Assembly (NCBI RefSeq): GCF_004010195.1
Contig: NC_057711.1
Coordinates: 76,064,208 to 76,090,726, forward strand
Direction of reading: 5' to 3'
Source of the DNA: Chiloscyllium plagiosum
Taxonomy: Eukaryota
DNA: 26,519 nucleotides
Part shown: in pieces, positions 11,640 to 21,987 of the stretch
Layout of the letters: each line of letters begins with the position of its first letter
How positions within the stretch are numbered: the first letter of the stretch is position 1
Notes under the pieces: generated by a model
What the model saw: only the letters and a program-made list of their open reading frames with translations
The model's database searches: none
What the model was told of the DNA's origin: nothing
Translations under genes and position numbers: made by a program

Positions 11640-11795
11640 CATCACATGTATTATTCTTTCAATTCTGTTACAAAATGTTAAGTATCTGTACCTGGGTATC
11701 CTCTGCCTAAAATGGCACCAAAGGCAACGACATTACAAAGTTTTCACTGCACTCATTTGAGTGCATGTGAAAATAAAGCCAGATCGGATTCTGAA
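11640..11795 (+). mobile_element. LINE/SINE 3' end with terminal stem-loop (Rex1/L2-like)
   Basis: Hairpin TTTTCAC-TGCACTC-ATTT-GAGTGCA-T-GTGAAAA (11741-11773) running into AATAAA. Confidence 0.5.
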
Positions 11796-11859
11796 AGCCA
11801 ATTCTAATTTAAGTTCATTACTTGTTGATATCTACTGATTTGACTATCTATTGTATGTT

Positions 11860-12848
11860 ACTCTCAGACTGAAGGTAAATAGGAGAAATATTTACAGGCT
11901 CCAAACTAAAAGATCAATGAAATTTTTGAGAATCAAATTAACAACTAAGTAACTAAGACAGAGATGCCAGGCTAGGTGATGTGTTGCACCTGCATGATGT
12001 GGCACCCCATTATGGTTCTTAGTAACAACATCTGTGGTAAGTGTTGGTTGCTTGAAGAACTCCGATTCAGAGTTGATGAGCTGAAGTCTGAGCTTTGCAT
12101 ATGGTGACATATCAGGGAGAGAGATGAGTTACCTGGACACCGTGTCTCAAGAAGTAGTCATATCCCTTAAATTAACAACCTTGAATTTGGTCAGTGGTCA
12201 GGGAAGGAGGGTGTGACTGCAGTAAAGCAAGTTGTGGGATCCAGGAGATAGTGTTGAAGGAGCCTCAGCCTTTGAGCTTGTCTAACAAGTTTGAGATTCT
12301 TGCTCCCTGTGTGGATGAGAGTAGAGACTATAGGGATAACAAGCAAACTGACCATAACATTGTGGTACAAGGAGCCATTCAAGAAGGGGGAGAAAGAGAA
12401 ATGTAGTTGTAATCAAAGATAGTATAGTCAGGGGAAAGTCCTGAAGGTTGTGTTGCCTGCCTGATGCCTGGGTTCGGGATATCTCATCTAGGCTGCAGAG
12501 GACCTTGGAGTTGGAAGGGAAAGATCGAGTGGGTCTTGGTCCATGTAGGTACTAATAATATAGGTAAAAAGAGGAAAAAAGTTCTGCTGAGGGAATATGA
12601 GCAGATGGGGGTTAAATTAAAAAGCAGAACCAAAAAGGTAATAATCTCTGGATGATGACCTGAGTCACGAGCAAATTGGGACAGGGCAAACAAGATTACA
12701 GAGATTAATGTGTGTCTCAAAGATTTGTGTGGGAGAAACAGGTGCAAATTCTGAGACATTGGCACCAGTGCTGGGGAAGGAGTGAACTGTTCGGATGTCC
12801 TTGTGAATCATATACCTGGTGCTATGGGTAGGGCTTTAAACTAAATAA
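11860..12848 (+). mobile_element. CR1 5' region with decayed ORF1 (zinc finger/leucine zipper plus esterase); no adjoining ORF2
   Basis: ATG at 11964 MPG*VMCCTCMMW, ICGKCWLLEELRFRVDELKSEL, LSNKFEILA, VVVIKDSIVRG, CCLPDAWVRDIS, VHVGTNNI, VIISG. Ends at GGGCTTTAAACTAA. Confidence 0.88.
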
Positions 12849-13344
12849 TGTTTGTAAGGATAAACTCCAAGCTTTACTTAAAACCTGTGTCAGTCCTTAA
12901 AGTCAGTCCTAGAGTCCATGGTCTTTGATATTGAATGTGAGCTTCCTGGAGACTTCCTAATGCATCAGGCAGTTCATTATTTACACCCAGCAGTTTTCTT
13001 CTTAACCCAGCAGATCAAAATGAGCATGAATCCCTGGAAGCAGAATTTGAGTTTGATCTCCCCCTCCCTTGGGCTGGGGTCTGTTATCCTTTCCCCCTGC
13101 CCTGGCTAGAGCAATTTGTGCTGGATGTCTCACCATGTGCTGATCCAACCTCTATCCACTATATGCACAGGCTCAGAGTCTGAACAGATAGCTGTGATTG
13201 TAAAATTAGGAGATGTTGTATCTTCACCAGCATTGTCTTCTAGATCTGCCTCCATTCTCACCCAGTTTGTGCTGTTAGGTATCTGAAAGGGAAGACACTC
13301 AAGACTAAGGATGCGATGAGGGAGACGGTGGAGACTGTTTGCTG

Positions 13345-13530
13345 TTTCACTAAGGCAGGTAATGAAGGATTGGAGCTCACTGCTTTAAAGGACAATAGAA
13401 ACACGAATCTTGTTTTTAAAAATATTTGGATATAACAAATGAAAGATCTGGAAAATGGGACTGGTTTCCCACTCTCTGTAGACATGATGAACTAAATGGC
13501 CTCCTTCTAGATTGTATGTTTTCTGTTTCT
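13345..13530 (+). mobile_element. Decayed CR1 3' end
   Basis: TTTAAAAATATTTGGATA...CTGGAAAATGGGACTGG...GACATGATGAACTAAATGGCCTCCTTCT..TGTATGTTTTCTGTTTCT resembles a CR1 3' UTR and tail. Confidence 0.6.
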
Positions 13531-14908
13531 CTGGCACAGACTTTCACAGAGTTGGAAAGACCCCAGAGTCATTTCAAAATGATGAATAATAACAATACTG
13601 GGATATCTAGCCCCATTAAGAGCCCATGTGGTTTTTGCTGATGTGGAATAAAGATTCAGGCTTGCACTCCATTTTTGTAACATCACTGCCACCATATTGG
13701 ACAGACCTGTGCCTGCAACGTGTGATGACAGTAATGTCAAGAAGTGAATTTTAAAAATCAGATTCTCAACAACGAGAAATATTTTCCTGATTTTCACCTC
13801 AAGCAATTTCAAATTCTCACCCTGGGATGGAGATTACATTACATTCATTCATTTGCACCTCATCATAATCCCAATTCACCCGATTCAAAATTTCCAATTC
13901 CCTCCTCCTTCACTAAGAAACTCGACATTGCAAATTTTTGGCATTTAAATGAAAGCAGATACCTGGTAGTTGCATTTCACTGAATTCTTGTCCCAGGTGT
14001 CATCCAATTACTTATTTGCCACGATGTCCCAGCATTCTCCATGGTCACCATCCTCCTTTACCTTTCATCTACGTAAGTCGATATTGGCAAACCACATTAT
14101 CATGTATACGTTCAGACCAAATCACACATCACTTCAGCCCTTCAACTCTTTACTTTTGACTTCAGAGACTTGCATAAGATTGCCAGGTGGTTTTGTGTGC
14201 AGAGACAGAAATGCGTCTCATGAGTCTATGTAGGATGCCTTTGTGTTTGACATTGACACATGCATCTTAAGATTTGGCTTGCTTTCACATTGCAAGACCT
14301 AATGACATTAGTGCTTATTTAGAAGCTGTTAGCTTCTGACAATTTCATATTGCTTTCTTAACTCACACTGACATCTGCACTCATGTACAGGCTGCCAATC
14401 TATGCGTTGGTTGCATTGTTATCTTGGCACACAGATCTTTAATGTTCTGTTATACGCTGCCAGCCTCTATGATTTAAATTGCCTTTTTGTGCAGAAAAAG
14501 AGGCAGGCAGCTTTGATAGTGGGGAATGCTGCATTGTCAATTGATTAGTTAGACAAGGAGGTGGACATTTTAGACACTTCTGGGAACATGTATTGAAAAA
14601 TGATGAGTGCCCTTTCCTCTGGGGAATGCAGCCAGAACCCAATTGCATAAGGCAGTGGAGGAGAAAGAGAGGAAGAACAATTGTGGTAGGAGACTCAAAA
14701 GTGATGGATACAAAAAGGGAGTCTTACAGCAGCAGGTCTAACCCAAGATGGGTCTTGTCTCCCTGTGGGCAGGATGTCACTGAATAGCTGAAGGGCATTC
14801 AGAAGGGGGAGAGTGAAAATTCAGCAGTCATAATATACATTGGTATCAATGACATAAAACAAAAAAAAAGAGTGATCATGTCCTGCAACAAGAAGTTGGG
14901 GAGCTAGA

Positions 14909-15142
14909 TGTAGTGATTGTAATGATGTCAGCCAGCTGGACCTCATGAAATATGAGTTCCCTGATTGGGGCTGTTAATCTGGTCCAATCAGGGAGCCCTG
15001 GCTGACAGATAAAAATGAGGAGTGGCAGCGATACTGACACTCTGATAGCTGACTCAGAAGAGGCAGTACTAAAGTTAACAATTGTTCATGTGTAAATATA
15101 GATGACTTGGTATGGGATATCAGCCTCTGTGGAGTTATTTTA
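14909..15142 (+). mobile_element. Short solo LTR (~234 bp, probably Gypsy-type) inserted in CR1 ORF1
   Basis: Begins TGTAGTGAT and ends GAGTTATTTTA (decayed CA end). It has inverted CCAAT boxes, TATA-like GATAAAAA and polyA-like AAATATAG. CR1 homology stops at 14908 and resumes at ~15143. The TSD is degenerate (CTAGA/TTAAG). Confidence 0.65.
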
Positions 15143-15760
15143 TTAAGTAAGATTGAAAAGCAGGATCTCAAAGTGTATAATCTCTGGATTACTCCCATTG
15201 CCACATGCTAGTGGGTGTTGGACAGGCAGAGAGGGTGGATGAATGGGTGGCTGAAGAATTGATTGGTGGAGGGGAGGGGAACTATAGATTTGTGGAACAC
15301 TGGGTCCATTTTAGGGGAAGGTGGGACCTGACAGGTTGTGTCTGGACTGGAATGGGACCAACATCCTTGCCAAGGTGGGGATGAATGCTGGTGCTGTTGG
15401 TTGATGTTTGAGCTATTTGGGGAATGGGATGTAGAATGAAGATACAATAAGGGGTGATGGTCAGTCAAGTATAGAGGAACAATCAAGTCAGTCTGGAAGG
15501 CAGAGCATAATGGTGAAGTTAAGGAATAAGGGAGCATAGCTGGATGTAAATATTTTAATGCAAGAAGTCTTGCAAATGAGGGAGATGAGTCAAGAGTGCT
15601 GATTATCGCACGGAAATCTGACATCAGTGCTATCACAGAGATATGGATGTGGGAGGGACAGGACTGGCAGCTCATCATTCCAAGATATACAATCTTCAAA
15701 TAGCACATTGGAGAAGGAATGGGTGTAAGTGAGGAGGTGACAGTATTGATCAAGGAATCA

Positions 15761-16077
15761 TGGTGGCATGGTGGCTCAGTGGTTAGCACTGCTGCCTCAC
15801 AGCACCAGGGTCCCAGGTTCGGTTCCGGCCTCGGGCGACTGTGTGGAGTTTCCACATTTTCCCTGTGTCTGCGTGGGTTTCCTCCGGGTGCTCCGGTTTC
15901 CTACCACAGTCCAAAGATATGCAGGTCAGGTGAATTGGCCATGCTAAATTGCCCATAGTGTTAGGTGCATTAGTGAGAGGGAAACGGGACTGGGTGGGTT
16001 ACTCTTCAGAGGGTCGGTGTGGACTTGTTGGGCTGAAGGGCCTGTTTGCACACTGTAGGGAATCTAATCTAATCTAA
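15761..16077 (+). mobile_element. tRNA-derived SINE, HE1/V-SINE type, full length
   Basis: A box TGGCTCAGTGG (15772-15782), B box GGTTCGGTTCC (15816-15826), V-domain GTGTGGAGTTT..CTGCGTGGGTTTCCTCCGGGTGCTCCGGTTTCCT.CCACAGTCCAAAGA, CR1-like 3' end GAAGGGCCTGTTT and an (AATCT)x3 tail. Confidence 0.93.
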
Positions 16078-17888
16078 CTGCAAGAGGGAGGGATGATGTT
16101 ATAGAAGTTCCTCAAATTAGGCCTTATGGGTGAAACTTAAAAATAATAAGGAGATAATCACATTGCTTGGAGTTTACTATAGACCCTTAAACACTGAGGT
16201 TGGAATGGAAGGGTAGCTACTCAGGCAAGTCTCAGGGAAGTGTAAAATGAATAGGTTCATAATAGTAGGGGATTTCAACTTCATTATTAACTGAGAAAAA
16301 CAAGTGTAAAAGCTTGAGAAGGACAAAAATCTTAAAATGTGCTGAGGAGGTTTTTTTAAGTCAGCATGTAGAAAGTCCTACAAGAGAGGGGTCAGTAGTG
16401 AACCTAATTTTGATATAATTTTAATAAAATGAAGTAGTAGATTGAGTGAGACGATGTGGTGGATGACAGCCATTGAATGAATACGATGCATGCAAGTGAG
16501 TTGGGGTCCATAAACCTTGTTGAGATGTGTGCACAGTAACTGTGTTGGAGTGAATGGTGTCACTCTGAGTGTGAAGAAATACTAGAAAGAAAATGGTGGC
16601 CCTTACTCCTACCCCCCAATAGATAGCGGGAAATTGAGAAACAAATTTGTAAAGAGATTGTGAAGAATAATAGGGTGGTTATGGTAAGGGATTTTAACTT
16701 TCTGAACATAAACTGGGAGTGCCATAGTGTTAAGGATTTTGATGGAGACGAATTTGTTAAGTGTGTACAAGAAAACTTTCTGATTCACTATGTGGATGTA
16801 CCTACTAGAGAAGGTGCAAAACTTGACCTACTCTTGGGAAATAAGGCAGGGCAAGTCACTGAAGTGTCAGTGGGGGAGCGCTTTGGGGCAGCGACCATAA
16901 TTCTAATATTTTAAAATAGTGATGGAAAAGGATAGACTGGTTCTAAAAGTTGAAGTTCTAAAGTGGAGGAAGGCTAATTTTGATGGTATTAGGCAAGAAC
17001 TTTCAAAAGTTGATTGGGGGCAGGTGTTTGCAGGTAAAGGGACGGCTGGAAAATGGGAAGCCTTCAAAAATAGACAACAAGAGTCCAGAGACAGTATATT
17101 CCTGTTAGGTTGAAAGGCAAGACTGGTAGGTGTTGGGAATGCTACATTTGGTCAAGAAAAAGAAGGAAGCATATGTTAGGTATAGACAGGAGAGATCGAA
17201 TGAATCCTTAGAGTATTAAAGCAGTAGGAGTATACTTAAGAGGCATATCAGGAGGGCAAAAAGGGGATATGCGATAGCTTTGGCAAGTAGGATTAAGGAG
17301 ATTCCAAAGGGATTCTATAAATACATTAAGGATCAACGGATAACAAGGGAGAGAACATGGCCCCTCAAAGATCAGCAAGGCAGCCTATATGTGGAACCAC
17401 AGGTGATGGGGAGATACTAAACATGCATTTTGCATCAGTGTTTACTGTGGAGAAGGACATGAAAGATACAGAATGTGAGGAAATAGATGGTGACATATTT
17501 AAAACTTTCCATATTACAGAGGAAGAGATGTTGGATGTCGTAACATGTATTAAGGTGGATAAATCCCCAGGCCCTCATCAGGTGTACACTCGAGATCTGT
17601 GGAAAGCTAAGGAAGTGATTGCTGGACCCTTTGCTAAGATATTTGTATCATCGATAGTCACAGGTGAGGTGCCGGAAGACTGGAAGTTGACTAACATGGT
17701 GCCACTATTTAAGAAAGATGATAAGGAAAAGTCAGGGAACTATAGACGAGTGAACCTGACGTCTGTGGTGGGCAAGTTGTTGGAGGGAATCCTGAGGGGC
17801 TGGATGTATATGTATTTGGAAAGGCAAGGACTGATTAGGGATAGTCAACATGGTTTTGTGCATGGGAAATCATGTTTCACTAACATGA

Positions 17889-18717
17889 TGTGGGAGAATA
17901 TCTGCTTCCCTGTCCACCCACAGCATGGCCACAAAGAACATAAGGAACTATGTCTGCCTAAGCCACAATAGAAACTACCCAGAGTTCCTCAGCCTTGACC
18001 AAACAGGCAAAGATACTAGGCAGCAAACCGGAGATGACTCAAGCCACTTCCAGACTGGGGAATAGACTTCCCGAGGCAGCCTGATGATAGACTTCCCAGC
18101 CCTCAGTAAGTACAACTGTTCCTGAAGCCCTAAGGGCAGCCTCACTCCTCACACAGACTGGAACTCCACAAAAGATGCTCAGACTGAAAGGCACCAACGT
18201 ACCTAAATTGCAGACTAACCACAATGGAAACCCATTGATGCCAGGATGAGAGATATTAGCACCCACTCTCACAGAGGATTGCAATCTCCTAACTCAATCA
18301 TGATTCCTGCTGAAAAGCTTTTGCTGAAAAGTCAATTTTCCTGCTCCTTGGATGCTGCCTGACCTGCTGTGTTTTTCCAGCACCACACTATTGGCTCTAA
18401 TCTCCAGCAGCTGCAGCATTACTTTTGCCTAACTCAACCACGGACTGATTGTTGCTACCCAGACAGTTGATTGTCCTCCCATTGATTATGTTTTCCACTT
18501 GATTGTATTGTAGTTCACACCACATTACTGTACCCCTATAAATCTGCCTGTGCCCACTGCTGAGGAAGAGAATCCTTGCTGTACGCCTACGGACTGTCAG
18601 TTCTGTGTCAGCTTCGTCAATTTCTCTTCCAGCGATATCACTTGTAATAAACAGCTTGTCAATTTCACCCGATCTGTGCTTATGTGTTCTCTGTTCAATT
18701 GGGTATTTTCTCTCACA
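17889..18717 (+). mobile_element. Solo LTR (TG...CA) with 5-bp TSD, inserted in CR1 RT
   Basis: Termini TGTGGGAGAA / TTCTCTCACA (9/10 inverted match). TSD CATGA (17884-17888) / CATCA (18718-18722). TATAAA at 18537-18542 and AATAAA at 18646-18651. Removing the insert restores the CR1 frame KSCFTNMIEFFGEVMK. Confidence 0.88.
18303..18427 (+). mobile_element. PLE 3'-end fragment with degenerate hammerhead motif, nested in the solo LTR
   Basis: ATTCCTGCTGAAAAGCTTTTGCTGAAAAGTCAATTTTCCTGCTCCTTGGATGCTGCCTGACCTGCTGTG aligns with 450-520. TSD CCTAACTCAATCATG (18288-18302) / CCTAACTCAACCACG (18428-18442). Confidence 0.85.
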
Positions 18718-19879
18718 CATCATTGAGTTTTTTGGAGAAGTAATGAAGAGGATTAATGAGGGCAGAGTGGTGGATGTGATCTATATGGACTTCCGTAAGG
18801 TGTTTGACAAGGTTCCTCACGGTAGGCTGGTTAGCAAGATTAGATCTCATGGAATACAAGGAGAACTAGCCATTTGGATACAACTCTGGTTCAAAGGCAA
18901 AAAGCAGAGGGTGGTGATGGAGAGCTTTTTTCAGACTGGAGACCTGTGACCAGTGGTGTGCCACAAGGATTGGAGCTGGGTCTACTGCTTTTCACCATTT
19001 ATATAAATGATTTGGATGTGTACATAAGAGGTACAGTTAGTAAGTTTGCAGATGACACCAAATTGGAGGTGTAGTGAACAGTGAAGAAGGTTACCTCAGA
19101 TTACAACAGGAACTTGATCAGATGGGCCAATGGGCTGAGAAGTGGCAGATGGAGTTTAATTCAGATAAATGTGAGGTGCTGCATTTCGGAACATCAAATC
19201 AGAGCAGGACTTATACACTTAATGATAAGGGCCTGAGGAGTGTTGCTGAACAAAGAGACCTTGGAGTGCAGGTTCATAGCTCCTTGAAATTGGAGTCTCA
19301 GATAGATAGGATAGTGAAGAAGGCATTTGGTATGCTTTCCTTAATTAGTCAGAGCATTGATATCGTAGTTAGGAGGTCGTTGGTTAAGCCACTTTTGGAA
19401 TACAATGTGCAATTCTGGTCTCCCTCCTACAGGAAGAATGTTGTGAAACTTGAAAGGGTTCAGAAAAGATTTACAAGGATGTTGCCAGATTGGAGAATTT
19501 GAGCTATGGGGAGAGGCTGAATAGTTTGGAGCTGTTTTCCCTGGACTGTCGGAGGCTGACAGGTGACCTTATAGAGGTTTATAAAATCATGAGGGACATG
19601 GATAGGGTAAATAGACAAGTTTTTTTCCCCCTAGAGTGGGGAAGTCCAGAACTAGAGGGCATAGGTTTAGGGTGAGAGCGGAAAGATTTAAAAGAGACCT
19701 CAGGGACAGGTTTTCACACAGAGCGTGGTGCATGTATGGAATGAACAGCCAGAGGAAGTGTTACAACATTTAAAAGCCATCTTGATGGGTATATGAATAG
19801 GAAGGATTTCGAGAGATATGGGCCAAGTGCTGGCAAATGGGACGAGATTAAGTTAGAATATCTGGTCGGCATGGGTCAG

Positions 19880-20045
19880 CATGAACATCCCACTTGATGA
19901 AAGACACAACACTGATCTGTGTTGCTATTTGGGTCCAGGCATTTGGCACTGTCAGGACTGCCCTCCTCTCCATCAATGTATCCACCAGAAGCTCCACATC
20001 CCTGTCTTAAAAATAGGGAGTAGGACTTTCCTTTGCAACATCTTC
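19880..20045 (-). pseudogene. Harbinger-associated Myb/SANT-like DNA-binding protein relic
   Basis: Minus strand PYF*DRDVELLVDTLMERRAVL..NAWTQIATQISVVS matches the F(S/T)xxExxxLxxxVxxRxxxL...AWxxIAxxV pattern of Myb_DNA-bind_5-type domains. Confidence 0.6.
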
Positions 20046-20713
20046 TAACATCAGTGGTGAGCACCACAGTTTGACAAGTTATTGCTTGCTTGCAGGATCT
20101 GAAATTGCATGCGATTGAGTTTTAATTCTGATGCCAACAGCTTAGCCAGAATGGCAAGAAGTCACTTGTGGGAGCGGTGAACATACTCCAACTCGCCCCA
20201 TCCCTCTTCCCTCCAAACAGTAAGCAACCAGTAGGATGAAGCATTAAGGAAGGCTCAGTGATAATCGTGCAGAATTTAATCAACATACAAGCTGGAAAAG
20301 CAGATGACATGAGTAGCCTAGAAGTTCATTCGCTTTTTTGGGAATATTTTCTTCGAACAGTGCAACCTGAATTCAATGATGTCCACAGGTTCTCCATGTA
20401 CTCTTGCTTTCAATCTTACTCTCTCCATGATACAGTGGTGGTGATTTAACCTAATTTTCAAATGCTGTTAGAATATTTTCAGAGGTACCTCACTTTTTGT
20501 ATATTTTGTCATTTTAAAATGTGCTGGGCTATCAGATATACAGAGTAAGAAAATGTGCTCACCTGATCTGCTCAGGGTTTCTTCTGAAATTCTGAAGCAA
20601 TTTCGTATCTTGTGAAGTGTTTTTATTTTGTACAATCCAGTTTAATTCCCTATTTGAAGTACTTGTGATTTAAAATCTGCTTGGAGGTATCATATCTTTC
20701 TCCACTGTTATTA

Positions 20714-20897
20714 CAGAAGGTCCCCAATTTGCATATATCCGACTTATGAATGCTATCCCATATGGGAGTGGAGGGTGTAATTTTAAATGTCCAACACATA
20801 TGAACATTTCCTGCCCTGCATTGTGTTCTTATTTGTATACAAACTGACTTGCAAAATAACTCCAGAATGGAACCCATTCACAATTCAGGGCTGCTCG
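20714..20897. mobile_element. Tc1/mariner (pogo/Tigger-like) MITE
   Basis: Flanked by TA (20712-13 and 20898-99). Decayed TIRs CAGAAGGTCCCCAATTTGC versus reverse complement CGAGCAGCCCTGAATTGT. Internal GACTTATGAA / GACTTGCAAA repeats. Confidence 0.55.
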
Positions 20898-21987
20898 TAT
20901 ATTTAACTATTGTTGCTAATTTGGTTTAAAATGATTTGTTTGAAAGCAATTGCAGAATTTTTAAAAAAACTTTGTAAATACAACTCATTTTACACTTCAG
21001 TATTTTAAATTGTTACAATTAGTTAAATTGTATTAAATGTTCAGTCTTCAGCAAAATTATCACATTCAAATACAGTCATTATTTCCTTTAATTGCTGGAT
21101 TATGAAGATTAATAGCACTTTGTTTTTAAGAGCTTTGCTGACTTTTAAGATTGTTAAGATCTCCCTGATTTCCTTATCAGAAATTCTCCTTAATTTCTGT
21201 TCTTTAAAGTTGGAAAACTTCTATGTTTCAGAATTAACCTCCTGTTTTGTTGTAAAAAATATTTTCCAACATTTAAATGTCATTGAAATACTAAAGTGAA
21301 GAGAAACTGCATTTTAAGTTTTGTATAAAATGGTGGAAAACCAGTAGCTGAGTAATGTCTTCCACTTCTCCTCTCTGAGTTTCCTGCCTTTTTTAGCACA
21401 ATGCAGAATTCACATGCTTCTTGCTTCTTTTCCCAGTTTTTCACACAATTTTTCATTAAAGAGAATGACTTTGGATTGATCTTGCATCTTAAGCAGTAAT
21501 TTCAGTTGAACAATCATTTCACTTCAAACCATTGTTTTAACTGAACTCCTGTTTTCAATTTTTCAATATTCAACAGTTATTAATATTGCTATTTTGGAAA
21601 TTTTCTCAACAAGTATATGTTTCTCACAATGGCTTTTCTAGCAATGTTTCCCGGTTTTTTTTAAAAAGGCACTAAAACAAAGCTCATTTTCTATTTAAAG
21701 CACATTAAGTATTCCTTTCAGCCTTTCCTTCTGAATTTTCCTTTTAAATACAAATTGTTTCACCCTTCCACTGGGCAACTTAACTCAAATTACATGTTTA
21801 TTGTTGACTGCTGTAATCAGGATTGCAATAACAATTTTGTCCCCCTTGCAACTTTTATAAGACTCTGCTTGGTGCTCACCAGCTTTTAAAATATTTTGCA
21901 CTGCTTCTGGCTTATTTGAGCATTCACAGGTCAGCTTAAAACTTCTATAGTTCCTGCAGTCTTTCCATTCACAGGGTCTGAGTAGAT

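Larger units (their letters stand above)
14500..16420 (+). mobile_element. Old CR1 fragment (ORF1 esterase plus APE), interrupted by a solo LTR and a SINE
   Basis: IVVGDSKV, HIGINDI, ISGLLP, YFNARSLANEGDE, DISAITEIW, LWVKLKNNKEIITLLGVYYRP, IIVGDFNF. Confidence 0.88.
16605..19876 (+). mobile_element. CR1 LINE ORF2 (APE C-terminal half plus RT), decayed, split by a solo LTR; terminal stem-loop and tail missing
   Basis: [119 protein letters not shown]. Confidence 0.96.

Noticed and set aside
15761..15835. tRNA gene
   Set aside because: The A and B boxes belong to a SINE head that continues into the V-domain and a LINE-derived tail.
17357..17971. Novel chimeric 204-aa protein
   Set aside because: A CR1 RT fragment reading through into the inserted LTR until the first stop.
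18081..18125. Additional hammerhead at CTGATGA in the solo LTR
   Set aside because: No stem II followed by GAAA.
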